Below, piece by piece: positions 12,801-24,004 of a stretch of DNA of 64,000 nucleotides. The notes under the pieces were generated by a model, which did no database searches, was not told the origin of the DNA, and saw only the letters and a list, made by a program, of their open reading frames with translations. The position numbers and the translations under genes are program-made. Origin of the DNA: Fimbriosthenelais zetlandica (taxonomy: Eukaryota); NCBI GenBank assembly GCA_977030845.1, contig OZ365113.1, positions 21,700,001 to 21,764,000 of the forward strand. The letters are read 5' to 3'. Positions within the stretch are counted from its first letter, which is position 1, and each line of letters begins with the position of its first letter.

Positions 12801-15800
12801 TTCCGACCCACAGGCCTTGAGCATACAATGAATGCTGAATGCTTCACTATATATATACTAACAATCTCCCAAGTCCGTTCCCCCTACATTTATGTTTACT
12901 CCCTTTTTAACCGAAGTTCCCTAAGGCAGTGTATCAGGCTTACTACTTTTTCTTAATCAGCATAAATAACCCCACTGATTATATTCCAAGTGTTTACCAT
13001 AAACATAATCAAATCCAAATCTTCGATTTCCAGAGAACCAGGCAATCTGCCCTTTCAATTGGTAGCAAAAATAGTCATCAAACCATTGCTTTAGCTTCAC
13101 CAAACGTGGCAATTTATAAGGTATGGATACAATTTATTTGGTATCTCACTCATATATTTCGCTCAAACGCCATAGTGACATGTGTCATATACATTCTGCT
13201 TCTACATTCACACGCTTAGAATGAAACTGTTTACGTGAAGAAGATTAACAGGCCATCTATCGACTGGAAGAAAAGATCAATCCTGCTGGAACTAAAACTG
13301 GTGAGATTTTTTAGGTTGTCTACACCAAGATAATAATATTTATAAACTGGATTGATTTCATATATTTTTACGGTAATTTCATCCACTGAATTTGATGCTG
13401 AAATGGTGAGGAGAGAAAACTCCATTACTTTTTATTAGGCCCATTAAAATTTGTTTCCCATTGTTACATAAGATACGTGATGCCAGGCATGAGAACCTCA
13501 GTTCGTTTATGGGAGCTTGTGTTGAATCTGGCAATATAGCTGTCCTCACTCGCCACTGTCCCAAAGGAGGCCTGGAAGACTTACTAGAAAATGCTGACAT
13601 TCAACTAGATTTAATGTTCAGAATTTCTATTGCTATGGACATCATCTCCGTTAGTATATCATCTGACAGTTCTCGCTCTAAATGAACATATTGACAGCAT
13701 ATAAAATGAATTTAAACTACTTGCAACACCTCAAAAATCATTTAATCAATTAAGTTGTGATTGCAGGGACTGCGTTATCTTCACAAATCAGATATTAAAT
13801 TTCATGGGAATTTAAAATCATCAAACTGTCTTGTTGACAGTCGTTGGACGATTAAACTAACTGATTTTGGCCTTCATGAGTTCACCAAACCAGATGGGAA
13901 TACTGAAATTGAAGAGTTTCCGAAATATAAAGGTCAGTTTTGACAGTTACATCTAGTTATAACAATGCAACAGCACGATTCGAAATAATCTGTCTTTATC
14001 TTTACTAACTCATTACAGCTTTGCTCTGGACAGCTCCTGAGCACCTCCATGAACCATCACTTGGCTCACTGAAGGGAGATATATTCAGCTTTGGAATAGT
14101 GCTACAAGAAATAGCTCTCAGAGCCGGACCATACTCTGAGAATGGCGATCTTGCACCTAAAGGTAAGGCCACCCAAGTAGCACAAATTTTGGTATTTCTT
14201 GATTCGGACTGCTGATTCCAATTAAGTGTGATGGGGGTATTAAGCAGGCCTATGGTCCGGTGGATTGTCTGCCTGGATTGTTGGAATCTCTAATCTCTAA
14301 AAATGATCCCATTGTTTCAGACATTGTAGATCGAGTGAAGAAAGGATCAGACAAACCATTCAGACCGGTCGTACCCAAAGATTCCTGTTCTCCAATCATG
14401 CAAGCCCTGATGGCAAAATGTTGGAGTGAGAATCCTTCCCAGAGGCCTGATCTTGGTGAAATCATCAGCGATTTAAAACTCCTCAATGGAGGGAAGTATG
14501 TCTTTCTCACCTTCATATGTCTATATAGATATTTGTTTGTTATATCTTAAACAAATCTAATACAAATTGTCAGAGGCAGTGTCGAATTAAATGAAATAAA
14601 TCATGAGTCATAATAAATGCATAAGAAAAATATACCCTTCCACACAGGACGATAAACATTATGGACAATATGGTGTCCATGCTGGAAAAATATGCCAGCA
14701 ACCTTGAAGATATTGTTGCCAACAGAACGACACTACTGATGGAAGAAAAGAAAAAGACTGAGATGCTTCTTCATCAGATGTTACCAAAGTACTAATGTTA
14801 ACTCAGCACCTCAGACCTTCCTCAGCTAAATATCACTGAACTTCATTCACAACTATACATTTAATTTGATAAATAATGAATTTGTCATATCAATCAGATG
14901 TGATTTTTACTTTTGATTATCATAGACCTGTTGCTGAGGCTTTGAAAGCTGGAGAAACAATTGTACCAGAAACGTTTGAAAATGTCACAATATTCTTCTC
15001 GGATATTGTTGGCTTTACTTCACTGTCTGCCGAGAGTACACCCATCCAAGTACGCAGTTCTTCAAAATAAATTTACTAGCATATAAGTTTACTAGCATAT
15101 AAATATTTCATTTGGACATTCTAGGCAAAGGTCAATCATGCCGTCAATCAATTCCCCCACAGGTTGTCAATCTGCTCAATGATCTCTACACTCTATTTGA
15201 CTCAATATTGGAGGAGTATGATGTATACAAGGTACAGTACCTGAATCTTACACCAGATTGTCTTGTCCATTTACCTTTAATAAAAGACTATCGTATCATT
15301 CTTACTAAATACATGTAATGTTTTTCTCTTAAATTAAACACAGGTGGAGACGATAGGTGATGCATATATGGTTGTTTCTGGTTTACCAATAAGGAATGGT
15401 GACCAACATGCAGGAGAAATCGCCACAGTTTCTCTCCACCTCCTCTCTAGTGTACTCTCTTTCAAAATCAGACATCGTCCAGAGATAAAGCTCAAACTGC
15501 GAATAGGAATCCACACAGGTAACCGGGGGCAAACTGAATAATAATGCTTAATAATGGATATATATGCCCAATCTCATCCCTTATAATCCGACCCTTTCGT
15601 GGCTCAACTGAAGTGAATGAAAATAACAACATAAATTATAGTATGTCCAATGTGTAAAGGTTCCTTCTTTGATAATGGCAATGTTATGGTAATCACTGAA
15701 GCTCATAACAGAGTACTTGTTCTTTCCAACAGGTTCATGTGTTGCAGGTGTTGTGGGATTAAAAATGCCTCGATATTGTCTCTTCGGGGACACCGTGAAC

Positions 15801-16205
15801 ACTGCCTCACGAATGGAATCAAATGGACAAGGTATGTATGGTGATTGTTATAATCTAGCCAAACTTCCATTCAAGAAAGGCGTTTTATTATATGCTTTTT
15901 ATGTTATTTATTCACCAGCTTTGGAGGTTCATGTCAGTGGAATCACACGTGAACTCTTGCTCAAACTTGGTGGCTACACTCTTGTGGAACGAGGCCAGAT
16001 AGAAATGAAGGTGACGAGTCTATTATCATTATATTTTTATAAAAATGTATATATCTTCATTTTGGCCATTTCCAAATTAATTCCTTAACATGATCTTACT
16101 GCAAAACAACATGTTGAATTGCAGGGGAAAGGTAAACAGACGACTTATTGGCTTCGTGGAAAGATCAACTTCGACAAACCCCTACCCGAATGGTCCAGCG
16201 CCTGA
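8630..16205 (+). CDS. Receptor (transmembrane) guanylyl cyclase, NPR1/GC-A-like, copy 2; complete, 20 coding exons, 1038 aa
   Basis: Exons: 8630-9305, 9526-9644, 10033-10218, 11170-11305, 11656-11792, 11920-12010, 12587-12747, 13034-13120, 13220-13300, 13473-13649, 13767-13932, 14019-14162, 14321-14495, 14648-14788, 14926-15049, 15163-15231, 15344-15518, 15733-15831, 15919-16010, 16125-16205. They sum to 3117 nt in frame. The ATG at 8630 (ggcaaaATGg) begins a signal-peptide-like [24 protein letters not shown]; in-frame ATGs further upstream (e.g. 8531) make the start somewhat uncertain. Exon 1 has ANF-receptor motifs [51 protein letters not shown]. Downstream domains as in copy 1. Confidence 0.93.
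9744..16015 (+). repeat. Segmental tandem duplication, unit B (near-identical to 1-6164)
   Basis: As for unit A. The 108-nt length difference equals four extra 27-bp VNTR units. Confidence 0.97.
10339..10826 (+). repeat. 27-bp minisatellite (VNTR) in GC intron 3 of copy 2, about 18 units
   Basis: Same unit as 596-975, with four more copies and a different order of variant units. Confidence 0.97.
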
Positions 16206-16639
16206 TCACTTTAATATTTATATGAGGTGTGACAAATATTATTAGTATTATTTCAAGAAAGTTAATGGGCACAATATGACATTGTATTCAGGAATATATT
16301 TAGTGTACACATGTGGTATTGGTAGAATGATATAGAATAACTTGAACAAATACAATTTAGATGTGCAGCAAGGGAGGTTTTCTAGGGTGATCTAAGTGTT
16401 GAAGGTTTACCAGGCAAATTGTATCAATTGTCCATAACTGAGTAAATTATGAAATACCTAGATTCATCCCTTTTTTCCCGTCTCCGAGTATAGATGTTTT
16501 GAAGGATAGAGATTAATAACTGCCCACAATATACAACGGGGAAGAAATGTTGATTGTTTTAAGTAAAAGGAAATATATATATAATTATATTCAAGTATAT
16601 ATCTGTCTACTAAACATTATGAAGCATTCCTTCCCCCTA

Positions 16640-17146
16640 TAGTCAGGAAGCAGAATCAGAAAAGAGGCCTAGAAATGGAAATCGCTAAACATTTTGAGTA
16701 GAGATTGCCAACAAGTACTAACATGGAGTATATGGGCTGGGCTTTCTGAAAATGCTTGTTGGCATCTGTAATGGGGAAATATGTTACTGAAAAATAAGCG
16801 ATTTTAGGCCCATTCTTAGGTTTGACCTTGGCCCAGATGACCTTGACCTCCATAAAAGGTCAAATGCCCTATATAGAAATTTTGCATATCGTCTCTAGTC
16901 AATGGGTCCCAAATTTGAAGATCCTGCCTAAAATAGCTACAGAGATATGCAAACCTAAGTAAAATCACTTTGGATTTTTCAGATTTTATGTATGTTGCCA
17001 TGGTAACCACCCAAAATATCGAATGCCAGAATGCCAACAAGCATTTTCAGAAAGCCCAGCCCATATACTCCATGTTAGTACTTGTTGGCAATCTCTACTC
17101 AAAATGTTTAGCGAAAGTCGATTTTTGAGATTCTGCTTCCTGACTA
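16640..17146. mobile_element. Non-autonomous DNA transposon (MITE), 507 bp, TAG...CTA termini, 3-bp TSD (CTA); Academ-like assignment tentative
   Basis: Outer TIR TAGTCAGGAAGCAGAATC (16640) / GATTCTGCTTCCTGACTA (ends 17146). Perfect 84-bp subterminal inverted repeat 16682-16765 / 17031-17114. CTA is duplicated at 16637-16639 and 17147-17149. The empty site ttcccc-cta-atcatgtggatatcc is present in copy 1 (about 6858-6880). Confidence 0.92.
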
Positions 17147-20100
17147 CTAATCATGTGGATATCCTATTCTGTCAATGAAATGTTCGGAAACACATGGAAT
17201 CTGATCGTAATATCATCTTCAATATGTCTCAATAAAGGAAAACTCTCTTTATTGATTTTATATTCATAATTTTGGTGTATCTGCATTTTCTTTTATAGCT
17301 TTTAGACTCATTTATTTTCTGGGCGCTAGGTAGCAATAGGTCTGCTCACAGTCACAATTCTACCCACAAATGATGCCCCTGGCCTGGCGCACTACTTAAA
17401 GCAGGGCACTACACTTGGTCCCAACTTAAAACTCTTATGTGGCGGTAGCTGAAACGCTTAGGCCTACCATGGGTATGTACTTTCTCCCAAGGTCTTATTG
17501 CAGGGAATAAGGGATGATGAATCTGCCTAACAAATCAGGAATGGATTTCTGGATGATTTTGGTGCTTTCCTAGGCCTAAAATCATGTAAAATGCTGAGCG
17601 ATGCCCCAGGACTAGTCTGGTCAGGGATAGTCGATATTCCTTGGTCTGGCTATGATACAGTTCAGCCACCTAGTGTTTACCTTGTGCATCGAGAGTGAAC
17701 TGAGCTCCGCCTAGCCTGTAAACAAGCCTCGTCCTCTCTACACCGGGACAGATACTCCGTCTAAGCTCCGCCGCGCCTTTACCTCAGCGGTAAACCACCA
17801 GGTGCCAGCTCTGTCGCCACCATCAGCTGAGTGCCAAAGGCCAAGCCGGTTAATGCCGGCGTCGCTAGGAATTTTCAGACGTCGTTTGTAGATCTATTAA
17901 AGCACCTAAATCAGCCAGAATTGAAATCAGTTGGTACATTTACATGGAAAATCTATTTCATCCAAAAGAACAGAGCTACGCTGCATGTAAACCTGTGAAC
18001 GGTGAGAGAAATTAGAAGTGAGCGATAATAGGAGTTTTGGCAGATCCCGGCCCGAACGAGCATTGACCGTCAAGTGGCTCCCTCGCCACCTATCCGGCAA
18101 ACGAAGGAACTAAGATAAGAGAACTTTCTGCCCCATGTGACTACCCCACCACCGGCAAACGCGGGAACTAATGCTCAATGCTAAGTGAATGGTAGCCATT
18201 GATATAGCATTTAGCGTTAGTTCCCCCTCTTGCCGTATAGCTGCGCAAGGGTGCAACCCCTATCATCGCTCACAACACTGCTTCCATTCAGTTTATGAAT
18301 AACACAATATGATTCATAATGAAGCAGTAGAAATTAAGTTGTTAAAATGTTTAGACAGTTCACCGATTGACATTCAACCCTAAAGTTAAAGTTCGAGAGA
18401 AAATAGGAGGCAAAGAACATGAGAAGGCTCACCGTACCGAGCGATAATAGGGGTAGAAAAGAGATTTTCGTGTTTGAAGACCTCTAAAATTTTCCACGAG
18501 TGCGACATGTGGCTGAAACTTTGGTAAATCACAGAGGACACCTACCTCATTATGTGGTATGAATATGACAAACATGTCGCGTTTCCTCTCATGACAGGGA
18601 CAGGTTCAATCTTCGGGAAGGGAAGGCAGGCGGTGGTGTCTAGCCTACATAATGGGCGTGTTCCTTTTGCTGTTACAGTTAGATTAGGCCTACTAGCTGT
18701 TACATTAGGCCTATACTACTTGAAAGGTCCATACGAAATATGTAGGCCTACATATTGCTCGTCACTCCATTTTCTAACCATAGGCTAGATCTAGTAAGGT
18801 AAAAACAGTGCCCTTGGTTTCAGCCTACAGGTCTGTTACTTTCTAAGGCAATTAGTGATTTTGTAAGGAGTGGTATTCATTGTCGATACATGCCCTGGGG
18901 AAAAGAGCTCTCCATCCATCGATGGAAATAGTTTTACGGTCAAATTGATGTGAGTTGCTGTGGAAAATTGAGCCTATTCAGAGAGCGCTGGGCATATTAT
19001 AGTCCCAGACGACTTTTTACACTCCAGCAGGCGATAATTTGTCAAGAAGTTGAAAGGAGGTGTTGGGTAAGAATCAAGGAGTAATTTGTGGCAAGCTGCC
19101 AAGAGTTAGACCATGGGGACCTGTAGACTATAAGAACTATATAGGGGCCTAAGTCTAATATGTCACTGCTGAACACATTGGACTTCTGAATTTCTAATTA
19201 TTTCTAATGCACGAACAGATGATAGAAGTATTCCCATCTGACACATTCATATGTCACTAAATTGTAACAATCTACTGAACTGCAACTAACTGACACTCAT
19301 GAGATCTCATGACAGCAGTCCAGAGAGCCAGTATTGTCCATTGTCTGAGTTAGACTTGAAACCAAGTACTTATAAGAGATTTCATTATTTTGTATTAGTG
19401 AAAATAACACACTTTCTTGTATCATGGGAATGACATGCAGATTTACCACTGCCTATGTTATGGCCTTGAATTGACTCTGATGCTGATTAAGACTAATCTT
19501 TGATGTCTACTACCCTTCCACAACTTCCTGGTAAGACCATCCAGCCAATCTGGTGGCAGAAAATGAGCAGAGGTCGATAGTTGATGAAGAGGAGCATCGC
19601 CTAACGGGGAGTAATGTTGACACATCAAACACAATCACGACCGGCAGGATATCTCAGCGCGGAAGAAAGTAGTTCCTGTGCACGTCTTGATGAAACACAT
19701 GCCTTATTTTGTGGCACATCTTTTCCCAAAGAAAACAATCAGGAGACTGTCACCAGAATGGATCTTATGTCTCACTGATTGCTGTATTCCAAACAAAAAT
19801 CTTCAGCAGCCAATAGGGAAGTACGATCTCCATTTCCGCCGAGTCATTATTAAGCAATTGAAAGGGTGCTGTCCCAACAAATAATGCCTGTAGTGCAATA
19901 TTGGATTGATTTCTCACCTTATGTGGGACTGTAACACATCCCATCAGCTAAGATTACGCTGTGTCTTATGCTTTGACTCGGATAGATGTACATGTATATA
20001 GGTTGGTGAAATAGCATTTGGATCACATCTGTACCCTCTATCTGGATCTACCTTTAGGGGGTTTTCCACCCATCTCTATTTTGGTATGAAAGTTAGATAA

Positions 20101-23100
20101 CTCAACATACCACTCTGACCTTTAGAGCAGCAGGTACTCGCTGGCTGAGGTCAACACTGTCTGCATCCAGTGAATCATATGCCAAGATGTTATACACACC
20201 AGTTGTGCTGCCATCTTAACCTCAAAATCAGTTTGCCTTAGTTCAGAGAGAGAAATAGGACTGGTGCATTAAATAACACACATGTATAGAGAAAAAGAAT
20301 CTATATCATGAATCACTGCAGCATGTGTGGGCCTGCCAAAGACGTGATGGGACACAAAAGTCAGCAGCACTGTAAATTATAAATGAGTCTTTTTCTTACC
20401 AAAAGTCAATATAGCAACTGTTTGTTGGCCAGATTGTCTAATAGTGTGATAAATGGTAAAGTGAATGCACTGTTCACTAAGCATGTTGGCTTGATGGGAA
20501 AATTAATGAATGCGCAACCAAGCAATGACACCTCATTACAAAGCCGTCAACACGTGGCCTTCTACGGTATGAATAAATACCGCTTTGCAATGACCCCAAA
20601 ACCTTTGGACATTGTAGGGGTTGGCAGCGACTGACAATTGTGAGTGCTTTCGTTAAGGAGGAAATTAACCTCTGTCGAGGTGACACCCGGAAGTGAGATC
20701 TGTTCATCAGAGCGCAGGCAGAGTAGTGATGCCGGGATGTTGTAAATGTCGTCTGCTAGGCAGGATGGACGAGATGCTCTATGGTTTGCCTGCCATAACA
20801 CCCAGTTAGATTACCACACTGTCGCTCTTCCCACCAAAAACCTCCAATAGGCAAGATCAGCTGATCCATTATTTACCACCATGAATCACTGTTTCGGGTG
20901 ATTGTGGACAAATGGCAGCAGGCCCCTAGTTTATTGGAAAGGTGGCGGGTCCACCTATGGCGAGACAAATTGAATTTTTGTTATCGCCACAGTTCTTGCA
21001 GGCAGTCGTTGCCAAATGATGTACAGATTATAGCAGTGGGTAGTGACTCGCATACAGGCAATTTTTCAAAAGGAATTACTATGAAATCTGTGAAATCACT
21101 TGCCCTAGAAGGAAGGCACCAAAGGTCACGCCTTGAAAGGCTTTAACTCAACCCAAAAGGATGAAAATACGGCGTCGCAATTCACCAGACAAACATACTG
21201 CCACCTAACACAAGCTCCTTTCAGTGCGGCAAATAAACTGAGGAGCAAGAGAAGTGGTGGACCAAATGCACTGCTTGTCTTTACGTGGAGATAAAACCCT
21301 CAGACAACTGGGAGACGGGTCTACAAGACCTCCATCCAGCCCCAATTGAGTCCAGTTGGAAACCGTGACGCAGCAATGAGTGGGGAAGATTTGCCTTGTT
21401 TGTTTGTCTGATTGGCCCTGGAAGGCTGTCCCTTGTCCTCCTCTGCGTCCCCAGATACTGAATGTTCCCTGGCTTCTTTAAAGCACCTACTTTATCCGGT
21501 CGCGGGGGGCTAAACAGGCCATAAAGAGCACCTCTTGAATAGCTCCTGGGTATGTGCGAGTTGGATGGTACGTGTCAGGTAGGACGAGCTGCTCCTGGTC
21601 ATCAAGAAAAAACCCAGGATTCAATTGACCCATCCCAGAGGAATAGAGACGCTCACTACTGGGTGATGTGGCACTATAGCAGAAGAGGAGGGTGTTCTAA
21701 ATCACAAGTCCAACTTTGTTATTTAGCATGCAAGATAGATGGACTAAACAGTTTGAATCACATTTATTTATAGGAATCTGTAGTCACAATGTCATGTCGA
21801 ATGGACTAAATTCTTAACCTATTTCAGTTTTCTAAGTCAGATCGTTAACTGCGCATACATGTATATGATTATCCATGGCAATTGACAGGTTAAATGGATG
21901 TTACTTATACATCAAGAGTAGTTCCATAATAGACGATGGTTTCTTCTTTCATTAGGACTAATAGCAACACGTGTCAACTCAGCACTTCCCATATATCTGC
22001 AACATGATTTCTAATTTTATCTCTGCACCTGTTCACACCCCCAATGGTCCTAGGTAATAGGCATTCCTTTATGACTGATCATACTAGATATTGCCTAGCT
22101 AGGTAGAGGCTCTACAGAGTTGCTGAGTCAGGGCCCTGAGATGACTTTAATGAAGAGCCATGACTGGCTCACCACACTAACTGCTACCTTGGGGACTTGT
22201 ACACCCTAGGAAGCATCGACCCTCAGGGCTAATACAGCCAGGGACAAGGCCACTTAATACTTTAAACTGGTGCATGGTGAGGGAGAGCTCTTGCTAAAGT
22301 GATCAGTAATAATCTGACACTTTCTCCCGCCAACACAACCATCCCCTCACAATTGCCTCGAAATCTAATAAAGCGAAGGCCAACTATTATAAAGAGATCA
22401 AAGGCATTTCAATTTACATCAGTTGTTATGACTCTGGTAATTTTTCAGCTTAGTCCACTGCTTGACACAATGGAAGTGATAAAGGACGTTATTGAAAAAG
22501 ACATTAACTTTTGAATAATCTAATATTGATTAAACCACATCTCCACTGAAGAGATAGATAGCGCCACTGAAGAGATAAGATAGTAGATAGATCCTGTCTC
22601 CTCAGTAGACTGTTGAGGAGACAGCAACACCATTAACAGTATTGTGACAGAAGTCTTTTAGAGCACAGTGCACTGGATCAAAAAGTCAAAGTTATCTAAA
22701 TCGTGATCCGGAGAAATAGTATTTACATAAATTTATGGTTAACTATCTCTATGGTATCATCCATCATTATAGATAAGACAACAAATTCTTCAAGGTAACA
22801 TGGGTTTTATTTCTTGTTTCGGCACTGGTAACTGAACTAATCCATCATCATAATACTTCGTACGAATAGTCTTCAATTCGTCTCATTAATGAAGAACACC
22901 TTAATACATTCTATTAAATCAAAGGCGGCTTAATTGATAACATCTTTGTCTAAATGCAAAATTATAACTCTGCACATAAAAGTCCAACGACAAGGCAGTG
23001 TACAATGATCCGCATACCTTCGTTTCATATTCCTAATAATTCTCGACTGATGCTCTGTCTTTTTAGATTAAAACTTTCATTTCCTTGAACTCTCATATAA

Positions 23101-23639
23101 CACAAAGTCACTCTATATAATGTTCGGAAGGCAAGCTATAGATACAATTACATATTAAAACTAGACTGGTGAATATAACAGTAGCACAGAGCATCATAAC
23201 TTATTAATATTATAGCAAAACATCACTGGGTACGAAGTCTTTTAGTACAAAAGTTCTAGGTGTAAGATAAAATTGATCCCTCTGGAAATGTCATTATCAC
23301 AATTCAGATTACGTGACATTTTATTTCTATATTCAGCACATAGATTGTCTGCATTTACCTGTAATGCAGGGAATGCATACTCATACAGACATTGCAAAAG
23401 TGGGCTATATGTAAATAGTATATTCTCGGTATAGTCTATCATCGTTGCAGGGGGCATAGGAGAATGAGTACTATACAATCTATATATGTCCAAATCGAAG
23501 GACCGGGTGGACACAAATTAGCGTTCATTCTAAATGGGGATCGGGTTATCTCAAAGGAAGGGATGTATTAATTAATCCAATATACACGACTGTATCCTAT
23601 AAATGTATAATTAATAGATCTACTTTATAATAGATCTAC

Positions 23640-23645
23640 TTTATT
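23640..23645 (-). promoter_or_regulatory. Candidate polyadenylation signal for POMGNT2
   Basis: tttatt on + (AATAAA on -), about 360 nt downstream of the stop codon. Confidence 0.35.
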
Positions 23646-24004
23646 CGATGAGAGTATAATCCAATTTCCATTATAATTATGTTCCGTTATTGAGTTCATC
23701 CATTGCACCACCCACACAATCTACAAGCATTCCTCCTGCATTTATACAAGTGTTCATCTTCTTACTATGCAATTATTAGAGCAGACCGATTCATATGGAA
23801 GATAATATCTTTTAATATCAACGTCACAACCGATTATTTGCTCGGCGACATACCACTGCTTCATATCCAATGATATTGTACCATTAAATATATTAAATAC
23901 CACCCACCAACGAAACAATGTTTGGATTGATTTCCTAGTAATATTTTCTCCTCCATAAGCCGTTATTTCTTGATCACATATGAATCATAACACCAGAATT
24001 CAGG

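Noticed and set aside
17795-17808. CTCF-like CCACCAGGTGCCAG at the edge of the GC cluster
   Set aside because: It has a mismatch in the conserved GGC core, and a single motif hit is not evidence of an insulator.
19297-19312. 16-bp perfect palindrome TCATGAGATCTCATGA
   Set aside because: About one palindrome of this length is expected by chance in 64 kb.
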